Positions 29,387 through 42,735 of a stretch of 64,000 nucleotides of DNA are shown here, in pieces. How positions within the stretch are numbered: the first letter of the stretch is position 1; each line of letters opens with the position of its first letter. The notes beneath the pieces were generated by a model, which saw only the letters and a list, made by a program, of their open reading frames with translations, did no database searches and was not told the origin of the DNA. The stretch is from the human T2T-CHM13v2.0 reference genome, Homo sapiens. The position numbers were made by a program, and so were the translations under genes. Location: assembly GCF_009914755.1 (NCBI RefSeq), contig NC_060945.1; one strand, written 5' to 3'.

Positions 29387-30916
29387 TAAAAATGTTGTTA
29401 TATCCTCCCACCTTATTTCCTTCAAACGAATTGAGCAGGGTTTTTAAATTGATATTGGAGAGATGTGACTTTCTCCATCAGCGGTCCAGTTGTAATGTGG
29501 TCTATTTAATTGCTAACGAATACACAGAGGTGCACATTCTCCTGGGCCAGTAGGTTTATCAGAAGACAGAATAAGAGAAAGAAAGTGAAGAAATACTTCA
29601 GCCCATGGGCTGCAAATGCTTGTGCATCAGCTGCAACCCTCCTATCTGCTGCTTTGTGGTCAGTTAGTGGTGTTTTGGCACAAGCTTCAAGTCTCCAGCA
29701 AACCCTGCCCATCTCTAGTTCAGTGGATCTCAGTTCATATGCTGGCTGGGCCACTAGCTGCCCAAATCAATCACTACACTAATTATTTTTGTTTCCTTTA
29801 AACTCAGTTCCCCTCTCTGCATTTATTTCTGTGGCCGACTGTGAAAAGCACAATCTCTCTCTTTGCCCATTTCCTTGAAGATCAGGATGTTTAAAATTTT
29901 CCAGCAACAAAGCAAAACTTTATGCAATATTATGGGAAAAGCACAGATTCTAGAGTCCAGTAGGGTAGGAGAGGAAGTAGAGGGAGCAAGTGGCTGAGAT
30001 TTATTGAGCAACTACTATATGCTAAGGGTTGTATGCTTATTGTCTCATCCACTCCTCATAGTAGGCTTAGTTTACATTGGCATTGTTTTGAATAAGGAGC
30101 GGGAGTCTCAGCCAGGGTAAGTCACTTCCCCAATATCACACAGTGAGTCTAGGGAGCAGATCTCTGTGACGAGATCTGCCCATTTTAATCAAGGGGCGTT
30201 TTCCAGTAAAGATTACAGGACAGAAGGCACACAAAAGCACACTGGTAAGCTCGGAAGCACTTCATGAGAGTTAGTTGCTGTTGCTTGCTACGTGTACATT
30301 CTGTTGGTTCCTGGAAGTTCTGCTACTTCCACTACATAGATTGGTCAAGGCCCTGTGTTGTGTGAGGCTTGGTCACAAGGTGAGTCAGTAAGCCATGAGG
30401 CCCCTCCTCTAAAGATGTACCAGCTAAGGGTGCTCCGGGGGGACTCTGATCCTAGGGCTTGTCAACTCCATGTTGAGACCTCATCAGAACCTGTATAAAG
30501 TCATTCTCTCTGTGTATCAGGATAGGATGGCCTAACCCTGATGAAGCTGGAAGGAATTTAGAGTTAGAAAATCTTCATGGTTGAAGTGTTATTTCTAGAA
30601 TGTTCCGTATCCATTAAATAACAGCTCTGTCTTTTTGAAAGGCTGACTTCTCATGGCTTGTCAGACAAAGCAGGTTATTTCATTTACATATGGAGGGATG
30701 GTGCAGGTTGTGAGTGGGTGTTAATACAACCAGAGGGCCCACACTATGAAGACAACCAGACCTGTGACACCATGAGTCACCTCTCTCCCCCAAAACCCTT
30801 CAGCCTTCGGCTGAGATGCCTTTGGTGGCACAGGCAGACACAACGGAATTAAAAGTCATCCCTTTCTTGGCACATCTGTTCTGGATCAAAAGGCATGGTT
30901 AAAGAGTGAGAGCTAT

Positions 30917-30998
30917 TGTGAACCAAGATAGCGCCACTGCAGTCTGGCCTGGGTGAAAGAGCGAGACTCCATCTCAAAAAAAAAAAAAAAAAAAAAAA
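30917..30998 (+). mobile_element. Severely 5'-truncated AluY (Ye5/Yf5-like 3' end)
   Basis: About 59 nt of Alu right-arm end plus a pure A tail; perfect 16-bp TSD aaagagtgagagctat at 30901-30916 and 30999-31014. Confidence 0.9.
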
Positions 30999-31394
30999 AA
31001 AGAGTGAGAGCTATCAAGCCTCTAAGGCTCCCTAAATGCCAGTCTCTCTATTAAACATGTGATGTGTGTTATTATTGCTTTTGGTCCTGGCAAGAATCAT
31101 GCAAGAGTGGTGCTAGTTCCATGGCAATCTGAGGCATAGGGGTGTTAAGCACTTGGCCCATGGTATATATAAAAGCTGGGGCTGAGACTCAGGCTAGTCT
31201 GATTTCAGAGCTTCAGATCTTACACACATGGACACACAGCTTCTGCAAGGGCCGGTGCCTAACTCACCATGTGAAGTGAAAGTTTGCTTAAGTAAGTTAA
31301 TACCATTTGCCTTTACCATAAATGGAAGGCAGGAAATGACACAGGCATGATGAAAGTAAAGGATAATGCATCTATTTTAAAAATGCCATGTAGT

Positions 31395-31680
31395 TTAGTG
31401 CATTACTTTTCAAACTTTTTTGACAATACCTCACAGTAAGAAATATATTTGTTATTGTGACTCAGTAGAAACACTCACATATATGTGTGTGCACGCATGT
31501 GTGTGTGTGTCTGTGTATGTGTATGGACCCAAACCAAAAGTTTCATGGAAGAGTTCTTTTTTCCTTAACATGTACTCTGCACTGAAAGATTTTCTGTTCC
31601 ATATTTCTCTACTTCACTGTTTTAAAGTGCTGGTTAAATTCATTTCATTTCTCCATCTGTTGGTTGTGACCCTTCATCAT
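31395..31680. mobile_element. Charlie4-like hAT MITE
   Basis: ttttcaaactttt...cacagtaagaaatatattt...ggttgtgaccc; diverged. Confidence 0.45.
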
Positions 31681-31684
31681 ACAT

Positions 31685-31945
31685 AGATAGTGGTTAATGG
31701 GGGCCATGTCTCTGGACCAGACTATCTGAATGGGATTTCTAGATCTTCCACTTCTTAGCTGTTTAACCTTGAGACAATTCCTTAACCCCTCATGCCTCAG
31801 TTTCCTCATCTATAAAATGGGCATAATAAAAATAATACCAGTTCAACAAGGTTGTTATGTGAATTAGGTAAAATAAGGTATATGAAGTGCTTAAACCAAA
31901 GACTGGGAAAAGCAAAGACCTCACTAATGTTAGCTGTTAGTTCTT
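31685..31945. mobile_element. MIR, near full length
   Basis: atagtggttaa...gcctcagtttcctcatctataaaatggg...aatgttagctgtta. Confidence 0.85.
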
Positions 31946-32033
31946 TATCGTTACACATGACTTTCAACAACGTATTTATTTTATTAGGTGAGGCACTCAT
32001 AGCTGCTGTGTAATAACCTTTTAAAAAAATTCT

Positions 32034-32353
32034 TTCTCCAGCAAACTAACACAGGAACAGAGAACCAAACACCACATATTCTCATTCATAAGTGGGAGTT
32101 GAACAATGAGAACACTTGGACACAGGGAGGGGAACATCACATACCGGGGCCTGTCGGGAGTTGGGGGGCAAGGGGAGGGAGAACATTAGGACAAATACCT
32201 AATGCATGTGGGGCTTAAAACCTAGATGATGGGTTGACAGGCAAACCACCATGACACATGTATACCTATGTAACAAACCTGCACGTTCTGCACATGCATC
32301 CTAGAACTTAAAGTAAAATAAAAAAGAAAAAAAATAGAAAAAGAAAAAAAAAA
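32034..32353 (+). mobile_element. L1PA8-10-like 3' end
   Basis: cagcaaactaacacaggaacag...ggggcttaaaacctagatga...A-rich tail. Confidence 0.9.
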
Positions 32354-32892
32354 TTAAGGCAGTGGGCATCTACGAGAAGAATGCAATTCCGCCCATGAAT
32401 GAGTTAGAGGTCTGGGTAAAGATCATGTAAAACTCCACTTCCCTAGCTCTTAGAGACAGTAAGGCTGGTATGAAGTAGGTAACCAAAAACTTAAAATTCA
32501 AACATTGCTCTACATGTTAGTTTAATGTATATTCATAATACAGATAATAGGTCATCAAGAGAAGGTAAAATTATACTTAGCCTAAACTAAAGAAGTTGAG
32601 GAAACAGAACACATTTTAGAAAAACTTCCATCAGGATAATGAAATGAAACCAAATTGTTGGCGCAGATGGAGGTAAACTTCTGTGTTTTAGAAGATTGAT
32701 TTGTGTGGAGGTGTCCTCCCCAGCATGCCTTCGGGTGATGGAAGGTCACTTACAATGTGTACAGCAGGAGGTGCTGGGGTGAGGAAAATTAGGGCAAGAG
32801 GAGGCTCAGCTAACCCTCAGGCTTCCCTTTTTAAGAAAGATATGGGATTTCCTTGGGTCATGTCCTAAAGAAAGTAAGATTGCCACATAGAG

Positions 32893-33189
32893 GGCTGGAC
32901 ATGGTGGTTCATGGCTGCAATCCTAACACTTTGGAAGGCCGAGGCGGGTGGATCACCTGAGGTCAGGAGTTCGAGGCCAGCCTGGCCAACATGGTGAAAA
33001 CCCGTCTCTACTAAAAATACAAAAATTAGCCGGGCATGGTGGTGGGTGCCTGTAATCCCAGCTACTCGGGAGGCTGAGGCAGGAGAATGGCGAGAACCGG
33101 TTGCAGTGAGCTGAGATCATGCCATTGCACTCCAGCCTGGGCAACAAGAGGGAAACTCCGTCTCAAAAAAAAAAAAACAAAAAAAAAAA
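32893..33189 (+). mobile_element. AluS (Sq-like) with a small right-arm deletion
   Basis: Both arms present, gggcaacaagag end, gggaggcgga segment missing; TSD tgccacataga at 32881-32891 and 33191-33201. Confidence 0.93.
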
Positions 33190-34208
33190 CTGCCACATAG
33201 AATGCAACCACATTTTTTCTGAGGGTTAAAAAAGAAAATAAAGAAAAATAATCTCTTTAGGGCCTCAAGAATGTTTTTGAGGTGGTATTATTTTTATTAT
33301 GCCCATCTTACAGATGAGGAAACAGGCATGAGAGGTTAAGGAGTTTTCCTTAGCCACAATCTTGGGCATGAAACCCTGGGATTTCTCCCAGTTTTGATGT
33401 ATTATAATAGAGTCTCATCCTGCCCCTTGCAATTGAGATGTAGAAGAATAATCCGTTCTATGGGAGCCTGAGGGGAAGGGCAGCCATGGAGGACTGGAGT
33501 CTGTTGGGAGAGAGCAGCGCTGTGATCGGCTTCTATGCTCTGGGTTTACATTTGCCGTAGCCCGTGGTTGCATCCAGCGCTTTCTCCCTGCCATTTTTTA
33601 TGGCCCTGCGTGGAGGTGAAAAGGCGAGGACGATGCCAAGATGAATGAGCAAGCCTGAAGTCACTGTTCTCAGCTGGATCAACAGCCTTCGCTCTGCCTG
33701 TTCTTAGGAGCTTGGTGTGTTGGAAACAAAGCGAAATTAGAGTGATATTAAAATAAATGACTCCATTAAAATGGATCAACCCCGTGAGCCCAAGGAAAGA
33801 CTGACTTCATTTTGAAAGCGGCAAAGTGGTTGGTATTTCAGAAGCCTAAGGTGGCAGGTTCCAGGCCAGTAGCCTGACCTGAAGGGTGGCAGATGGGACC
33901 AGGCCCCATTTCATTTGCGAGTTAGTTGGATCTGACTCACTTGTTAGCCTCGGTTTTGTCCTATTTGCAATCAAGTGCTTGGATGAGACTTTTCTGAGGT
34001 CCCTCCTGGTTCTCATACTGAGATTCAGGGTGGTCAGAGTGGGACCCTCCCCTCATTGGACCTCAACTGGGCCTCCTGGAAGACCAACTTCCCAGATGTA
34101 GCCCTGTTACTATAACTTGGGGTCCCTGTGTCCCTGTATTATTTGTCAATACAGTTGCAGTTGGCCTCTCTGGGGTCTCCTTTGAGTGTTTGTGGGCTTT
34201 CTTTCTTT

Positions 34209-34496
<288 letters not shown>

Positions 34497-34508
34497 CTTT
34501 CTTTCTTT

Positions 34509-34784
34509 TTTTAAGATGGAGTCTTACTTTGTTGCCCAGGCTGGAGTGCAGTGGCTTGATCTCAGCTCAATGCCACCTCTCTGCCCCCTGGGTTCAAGTG
34601 ATTCTCTTGAGTAGCTGTGATTACAAGCATGTGCCACCATGCCTGTCTAGTTTTTGTCTTTTTAGTAGAGATGGGGTTTTGCCATGTTGGTCAGGCTGGT
34701 TTCCAACTCCTGACCTCAAGTGATCTGCCCGCCTCGGTCTCCCAAAGCACTGGGATTACAAGGCGTGAGCCACTGTGCCTGGCC
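34509..34784 (-). mobile_element. Older AluS/J whose tail region hosts the AluYb8
   Basis: CpG-decayed Alu ending cctggcc, with an internal deletion. Confidence 0.9.
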
Positions 34785-35099
34785 CTTTGTGTCTTTTTGT
34801 AGTTACCATGCACAAGGATTTAGTGTGAGTTATAAACAATGAAACAAAGGTAATTTTTATGTAATCATGACAATCCACAAAACCCAGTGTCTGGAGTGAA
34901 GGGAATGACAGAATACCAAGTTTTAGAGTCTATCTTTATACGGCTGTATTTCCCTGACAGAATTATAACACCAATGAAAACATGACAGTGACACTGTTGA
35001 CTCACTACCAACTGACATTTTCCCGCCTGTGGTTTGCATTTTTTTTTTTCTAACCAGTCTACCACCTACAACAGAGATGAGTGCCAGATACTCACTTTT

Positions 35100-35457
35100 C
35101 AACATCCTCACAACTCGGGGTTGCCTGTGTTTTCCAGTCCTAAGGGAAGGTCAGCAGATAAGTGGGTAGAGGTGAAATGAAAGAGGGGATTCTCCCTGCT
35201 CCATCCCACGTTTGCACCTGGTTGAGGCAGGATACGATGTGTGGAGCTATGGCAGCCTTCTTACCTCCAAGAGGGGAAGGCCGAAAGAAGAAATGAAGGG
35301 AAATGGGTCCAGGCAAGCTCTGAGAATTTTGAGCTACTGAACTGGACAAGTTACCTTTGGATTTTTTGTAGGTGGGACTTATTAACAATCCTCCAATATT
35401 GATATCACTTTAGCTAAACATTCTCTCAGTTGCAGTCTAGAGCTTCCTAGTTGATAA
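35100..35457 (+). mobile_element. Old MLT1K/L-like LTR
   Basis: tggagctatggcagccttctt...gttgcagtctagagcttcctagttgata. Confidence 0.5.
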
Positions 35458-35871
35458 GCTATAGCAAACTCCTTTTAGGTCACTCCTCTATACTGAGCAT
35501 TGGTGCTAAGGGCTCCCTGTTTTATCATTCTAATAATACAACAACAATCCCAGAAAGTGCATTTATTACAAGCCCTGTTTTACAGACACAAAAACTGAAG
35601 CCTAGAGATGGGAAGTATCTGGCCTTGGAACACGTGGTTGGTGGGTGGTTGAGGCAGGACTTGAGCCTGTGCTTTCAAATTCCTCTGTGCCTGGGGCACA
35701 GCGGAGCAAGCAGCCCCTCCACATGGGCTCTGGAGAAGCCCAGGAAGGGCACTGGCTCTGCTTTGAGTCCTCCTTCCCACTAGCCTCATGTCCCATGAGT
35801 CTCACTCCTAGTATTTCCTTAGGAAGGCTTTTGGGGAGCTGTGCATTTGAGTGCAGTTACCCTGTAGTGCT

Positions 35872-36369
35872 GCCCCAAGAGAAAGAAAACATATGCTCAC
35901 ACAAAAACCCATACACAAATGTCCAAGGCAGTGTTGCTCACAATAACCAAAAGGTGAAAACAACTCAAATGTACATCAACTGATCAGTGGATAAACAAAA
36001 TGTGGTCTGTCCAGGACGGAATATGATTCAGCCATAAAAGGAATGAAGTACTGATCTGTGCTACAACATAGATGAACCTTGAAAACATGCCTAGTGAAAC
36101 AAGCCAGATAGGAAAGACCATAGATGGTGTGATTCCATTCATAATAGGGCATCTGTTGAGACAGAAAGTAGATCTGTGGTTGTTTGGGGCCGGGGAAAAG
36201 GTGTGGGAAGGTGATAGTTTAAGAACACAAGGCTTCTTTTTGAGGTGATAGAAAGGTTCTAAAATTGATCTCGGTGATAGTTACACATATCTTTGAATAC
36301 ACCTAAACCACTGAATTGTACAATTTAAATGGGTGAATCGTACGGCATGTGAATTATCTCAATAAGGAT
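35872..36369 (+). mobile_element. L1MB7/8-like 3' fragment
   Basis: gtggataaacaaaatgtgg...ccactgaattgtaca...gtgaattatctcaataa. Confidence 0.85.
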
Positions 36370-36700
36370 TTTAACTTTTAAATTCAAGGGTACACATGTG
36401 CAGGTTTGTTATATAGGTAAACTTGTGTCACGGGGGTTTGTTGTACCGAATATTTTGTTACCCAGGTATTAAACATAGTACCTATTGGTTATTTTTCCTG
36501 ATCCTCTCCCTCCTCCCATGCTCCACTCTCCACTAGGCCCCAGTGTGTGCCATTCCCCTCTACATGTCCATGCATTCTCTTCATGTAACTCCCACTTACA
36601 AGTGAGAACACGCAGTATTTGGTTTTCTGTTCCTGCATTAGTTTGCTAAGGATAATGGCCCCCAGCTCCATCCATGTTCCTGCAAAGGACATGATCTTGT
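36370..36700 (-). mobile_element. L1PA13-like 3' end nested at the L1MB end
   Basis: gtgcaggtttgttatataggtaaacttgtgtca; 13-bp TSD tctcaataaggat at 36357-36369 and 36701-36713. Confidence 0.88.
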
Positions 36701-37859
36701 TCTCAATAAGGATGTTTTCAAAAAATCACAGTGCTGCCTAGGAGGGGAAATGCCTTAGCCAGTCACCCAACACATGTAGGCTCAGCCTCCAGCAGCTTTG
36801 AAGGCGGCAGAAAGGGAGGATGAAAGGCGGGAAGGCTGGGAGAAGCTGGGGTCAGGGAGATCTGTTAGCTCAGCATGACCCAGGAAGAGGCAGGAGAGGA
36901 AGGGGTGAATTCCTTTCCTTCTTTCACTCCCTTGAGCAAAGTGAGTCTCCTCTACACAGTAATTATGGGTCAACAGGCAAGAGCAAGTTCTTCTGCTTGA
37001 GGCAGAAAAAATAATGCCTCAGTGAACTGCAGCTTAGTTCACAAAACTTTGTGTGAATAAATCAGATATTCCCATTTTGTAAAAAGATATAAACACTCAG
37101 GAAATACCTACTCAAATATTTGTTCTAAGTTCTCTCGAAATGTTTGAGGTTTCCAGAATGTCTGTTACATTTCTTATATGACATTTAGAAGCCTCACTGA
37201 TTATCCTTGACTTATATATATTTAAAATGTGGTTTAGTTTGGGCATCTTCCCAGAAGCCCTAATTTTGAGAGAGCACTGTTACAATAGATTTGTCTTCCT
37301 GGTTATTTTTCCTATGGATTCTATTTTAAAGTTACAATTTTAAAATTATTATCTATGAATTTCTTCAAAAATTCCTACAAAAAACTATGAAAATGTGTTT
37401 TTTAGTAAGAGAGGCACCCAAATGCCTCTATCTGTTAAACCTTGGACTCCTCACCCCTAGGATAACACCATGAACTGCAGACAAATGTATCTGAGGCATT
37501 TGTAAGAAGTGGCTCATTCCACAGCTATAATTCTCAGCTAAAGTCCTGGAAGAAGTTGGAAATGGAGCATTTATCAAGAGCAAAAGGAAGACTTGGCTGG
37601 AACAAACCGTGCCCTATTTCCCTGGAATGGAGACTTCTTCAGAGGTAGCTGGGCAGAGGCTGAGCTAGCATGACACACCAAGTTGCCCACTGAGTCCACA
37701 CTGGGTTCTAGACAGAGAGGATGTGGCGTGGGATGACCTCAGGGTGTTGGAGAAAGGCCATGAAGAAATCCACTTAAATAAAATAGGGACCCAAACTTTA
37801 TGCTGGACAATGAAAATGTCCAGTGTTACATTGTGGGGACTTTATCCCAAAAAGTGAAA

Positions 37860-38180
37860 CAAAAACTCTGAAAATAAGTTATCTGATATTAAACATAATT
37901 TTGGACGTAGTTCTAACCAAGCTACCGTTCTTAGAAAATAAGCAGGAATTAAGTGTTGATTATTTCTCATCTGGGTGATTTTTCTGGCAAAAATCCACAT
38001 TAGTACAATTAAATAGCCTCTCTTTTATACAGAGAGCTTATCAGCAAGACCATAAAGAAAGTCGGTTTTGCAGAGACAGGCAGGGGCTTTATTTCCCGAA
38101 GGGCCGCTGATAACCCTTGATAAGCATATCATTCTCTCTGAAGGCACATCCTGTTTGCCATCTTCCTGATCATTTTCTCC
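37860..38180. promoter_or_regulatory. Candidate GATA/STAT enhancer
   Basis: Four WGATAA sites (37879, 38038, 38108, 38118), TTCTTAGAA at 37928 and cttcctg at 38162, in sequence with no recognisable repeat. Motif evidence only. Confidence 0.3.
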
Positions 38181-39712
38181 TCTTCAGTAGGGAATGAGTT
38201 CGTCTCTACTAAATCATCATTGTCAGTGATGTACCCCCCGCCAAGAGGGGCGGAGGTTCCCAACCTCCCAGCCCATGACTTTATGAAATTCCACATCTGT
38301 CACAAGATTGCACATCTTACTTTGCAAGGCATTTGCACTGGATTATCGGGTAGGATCCTGACTCAGAGAGAGACTGAACTACAGGGAACTGGATGCCTCT
38401 GCGGAGGTTGATGAGAGGTAGGGAAGACGGATGTTGGGGATAAGGGAGAGGGGGACTCGTTGTTAAAGATGGCCAGTTCATAGGGAGTATCCTTGTTTAG
38501 GACAACTTTGACCGAACATACTCAACCTTCTGACTTTTCAGAATCAGATAGCTGGGGTTCTCTGCATATCATCTGGATTTTTGAACCCAACCCTTTGGCC
38601 TCAGTTTCCTGGATATTTTGGATAAAAGCACACCCCCATTTTGCCTGAGTTATCTTGCAAACAGCCCCGATTTTTGGCTTCATTTATTGTCTGGGTTTTG
38701 ATACCAGATGAACATTTTTGGAGCATCCACTGTGTGCAAAACTCCAAGGAGCCACTGGGGCTTCTGCAGAGCCCCTGCCGCATGCTTTTCTCCAAGATGC
38801 CATCTGGAGAACTCCATCCTGCACAGTTTCAAGCAGCACTTCTGGGACGCTTGGTTGTCCTGCCTCTCTGGTGACCCCAGCTCTTTTCACATCACTTTGC
38901 TTGCCATGCACAACTGCAATTATTTGTGTGCCAGTCTCCCTCCACTTCACCCTCACGGGCAGCCCCAGGGCATGGGCTCACCACCCTTCTTGGGTCTCTA
39001 CTTGTGCTTTTCTCCATCACTGGGTAACGCTGAGCGAATATGTCTCCCTGACTCAGCTTCTCCCAGCCTTCCCACTTCTCATCCTCTCCTTCTGCCCACC
39101 TCAAAGCTGCTGGAGGCTGAGCCTATGTGTGTTGGGTGACTGGCTAAGGCATTTCCCCTCCTAGGCAGCACTGTGATTTTTTTTTAAAAAATCATCCTTA
39201 TTGAAGTGGAGGTGTGGACCCCTTTCCCGACTCAGAGGACTGTGGTGAGGACAAGGAAGATGACATCAAACCACTTGCATTTTATTTGGTATTTCTCAAA
39301 GCCCCTTAACATCAACTATCTCAACATTATTCCCCCCAGTCACCATGTGTGGTAGGCATGAAAGATACTGTCCCTAAAGTGGGTTGATAAAGTAGTAGTT
39401 AGAGTGACTATGCTCAGAGAAGGTGTGATTTGCCCAAAATTATACAACTTGTGAGTGGTGAAGCTGGAGCCAATGCCAAATTCTTAGTTATTTCCACAGA
39501 AACAGGGCACATTTAGGGCTTTGACATCACCAACTTTCAGAGCCTATTACTACCTATGATGAGAAGGATATAGCATGGCGGGGGTGAAGGATCCAGGCAT
39601 CCTTCCATTCATTTCCTCATCCTGTGGTCCTTTCTTAGCCTTCCCTCTAAGCAAGAAGCAGTTGTTGCAGGGGGGAACACCCCAAGCTTCCCAGTGTCCA
39701 GGCCTGGGAGAC

Positions 39713-40190
39713 TGTGGCAGGCTAAGCAATGTCCTCCCAAAGATGTCCACTTCCTAACCCCTGGGACCCGTGAATTTGTTTCCTTACATGGTGAAAAGGT
39801 CTTGCAGATGTGGTTAAAGGAAGGCTCTTGTGAAGGGGAGATGGTCCTGGGTTATCCAGAGGGCCCAATATAATCACAAGGGTCCTTATAAGGGTAGGGC
39901 GGGAGGGACAGAAAAGAAAAAGGGTGATGTGATGATGGAAGTGGAGAGAGAGAGATTGGAAGAGGCTATGCTGCCAGCTTTGAAGATGAAGAATCAGGCC
40001 AGGAGCCACCTCTAGAAGTGAGAAGAGGCCAGAAGATGGCTCCTTTCTTAGAGCCTCCAGGAGGAACCCATCCAGGCCAACCCATGTTAGACTTCTAACC
40101 ACAAAAACTCAAAGGGAATACATTTATATTAGGTTTTTGTTGCTGCTGTAACAAATTGTTACAAATTCAGTGGCTTAAAATAATATAAAT
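39713..40190 (+). mobile_element. MLT1D-like solo LTR with inverted 3' terminus
   Basis: Starts tgtggcaggctaa...aaagatgtccac; the final ~60 nt are present as the reverse complement at 40124-40190. Confidence 0.82.
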
Positions 40191-41471
40191 TTAGGTGACT
40201 TACAGCCATCCTTCTGGAAAAGAGCATTTAAATCATTTTAAGGGTCACGTGAGACCATGGGCAAACAGACCTGCTTGGAAACACATCAGTGGGGAGCAGA
40301 AAGGTCAGCATAGTTAAGGAATCAAGTCAACACTGCGGTGATAGCACTGCAGGTATAAATAAATACTCGACTCTCCTGCCACTAGGATCCTCTGCCCTAG
40401 GTATTTCACTCAGATCCTCCACTCCTGACCTGTTTTACCCACCACTCTCAGCAGGGCTTTCCGACCTGGCATGGATTTTGAAGACCATTATAGGCTGGTA
40501 AATTTCAAATAGTTGACGTCCTTGGCTCATCCTTGTCAACGCACAGCGAACTGGTTAAATTCTAAGCCTTTGACAATGACGTTGAAAATTATGTTTTCTT
40601 CCTTAGGGCCGGTTGGAAGAACAGGAATGCGGTGGGGAGCAAAACACCCACCCATCATCCTGTCAGAGGCTATTCTATCTCAGTGGCCACAGAACTGTGG
40701 AGGAGGCCTTGAAGCTTAATTTCCCATTTTAGTGCCTTCCTTCAGAGACAGTGCTGGCCAAGAATCTATGACCTCAAATCCACACAGCACAGCATCTGCG
40801 TGATCTTGAAATGTACTTAGTAGAACAAGACATCAATCCACCACGGAAATAAGTCTGTGGTGATGCTGGGGCTGGAGTGGGGGCAGGAGATTCATGGTAT
40901 ATAGTGAGTCGGCCAGAATCATAATTAGAGCATTTATCATAATTCCTGACACTCTAATTGGCTTAAAAGTCTCTTCTTAGGACAGTGTTGGACAGTATTT
41001 CACCGTAGGAATTTGCTTTTCCAGGTGATTTTGTAGCAGACGTCACCACTGTCACTGACCATTATTCCCTCAAATTGGCAGAGAAGTGCCCTCCTCCCTG
41101 CCCCACTGGGGTCCATGGTGGGCACACACCAGCAGGCAAAACGATGAGGAAGTGCTGTCCTATTTGCTTCAAATTAAAATGAACACACGACACCTACCTT
41201 CCACATGAAGAAATAACACTATCTTCCCTACGTCTGTTTCTCTCTTGGCATGACTCCATCTGAGTTGGGCTCACCTTTTGACTGTGTCCTCACCATCTCA
41301 CTCCTTCATGGGACCAGGGACACTGGATAGAGGGGAGGGCTCACAGAAGGGGCGTCCTTTTGGGGAAAGCTTTTGCTGATGTTGCCTGCCCTTCGCTTCT
41401 ATCCAAGTCTCCCACTTTGAATTTTATTTCTGAGCTCAAAATCCCTGTGAGCAAAAATACTCTGCCCCCAA

Positions 41472-42735
41472 TTAAAAAAATGGGGAAAGGATTTTAATAG
41501 ACATTTCTTCAAAGGAGATATTAAAATCTGCCATGAGCACCAGAAAAGATGCATCGTTAGTCACTAGGGAAGTGCAAATCAAAACCACTTTCACACCCAC
41601 TAGGATGACTCTAATCAGAAAGACAGATAATAACAAGTGTTGACAAGGATGTGGGGAAATTGCAACACTCATTGTTTGTAGGATTGTAAAATGGTGCAGC
41701 TTCTGTGGAAAACAGGTTGGCAGTTCCTCAAAAGGTTAAACATTGAATTACCACATGACCCAGCAGTTCCACTCCTAGGTGCATACCCCCCAAAATTAAA
41801 AACCTATGTCCACACAAAAATTACTATGTGGATATTCATAGCACTACTATTCTTTTTTAATTTTTATTTTATTTAACTTTATTTTAATTTCAGGGGTACG
41901 TGTGCAGGTTTTTTATACAGGTAAACTTGTGTCATGGGGGTTTGTTGTACAGATTATTTCATCACTCAGGTATTAAGCCTAGTACCCATTAGTTATTTTT
42001 CCTGATCTTCTCCCTCCTCCCATCCTCCACCCTCTAATAGGCTCCAGTAGAGGTTGTTCCCCTCTGTGTGTCCATGTATTATCATTTAGCTCCCCCTTAT
42101 AAGTGAGAACATGCGGTATTTGGTTTTCTGTTCCTGCATTAGCTTGGTAAGGATAATGGCCTACAGCTCCATCCATGTTCCTGCAAAGGATATGATCTCA
42201 TTATTTTTTATGGCTTTATAGTATTCCATGGTGTATATGTACCACATTTTCTTTACCCAGTCTATCATTGATGGGCATTGTTGAGTCTATGTCTTTACTA
42301 TAGTGAGTAGGCACTACTATTCACAACAGCCAAAAAAGTGGAAACAACCAAACTGATGAATGGATAATTATGATGTGGTACAATGGAATATTATTTAGCT
42401 ATAAAAAGGAATGAACATGGATGAACCTTGATAACATTATGCTAAATAAAAGAAACTAGACACAACAGACCATCTATTGTGCAAGTCTATTTATATGAAA
42501 TATTCACAACAGGAAATCCATAGAGACAGAAAAGAGATAAGGGATTGCCAGGAAAGGGGGCAGGTGGAATGACTGCTAATAAAGACAGAGTTTCTTTTTG
42601 GGGTGATAGAAATGTTCTGGCATTAGATTGTGGTGATGGTTGCATGAATTTGTGAAGACACCAAAACACACTGAATTGTATACTTTACAAGTGTGAATTT
42701 TGCGATATGTGAATTATATTTCAATGAAAATAATT
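41472..42735 (+). mobile_element. L1MB8-like ORF2 end and 3' UTR, interrupted
   Basis: aatagacatttcttcaaagg...cagcagttccactcctagg...gtgaattatatttcaat. Confidence 0.87.
41853..42310 (-). mobile_element. L1PA13-like 3' end nested in L1MB
   Basis: 12-bp TSD gcactactattc at 41841-41852 and 42311-42322. Confidence 0.9.

Noticed and set aside
38641-39164. Stack of ORFs up to 148 aa on both strands
   Set aside because: This is locally GC-richer, stop-poor sequence, and the translations resemble no protein family I recognise.
35872-42735. Two similar composites (L1MB with an antisense L1PA13-like insert) suggesting a segmental duplication
   Set aside because: The insertion points, lengths and TSDs differ (tctcaataaggat versus gcactactattc), so these are independent events.
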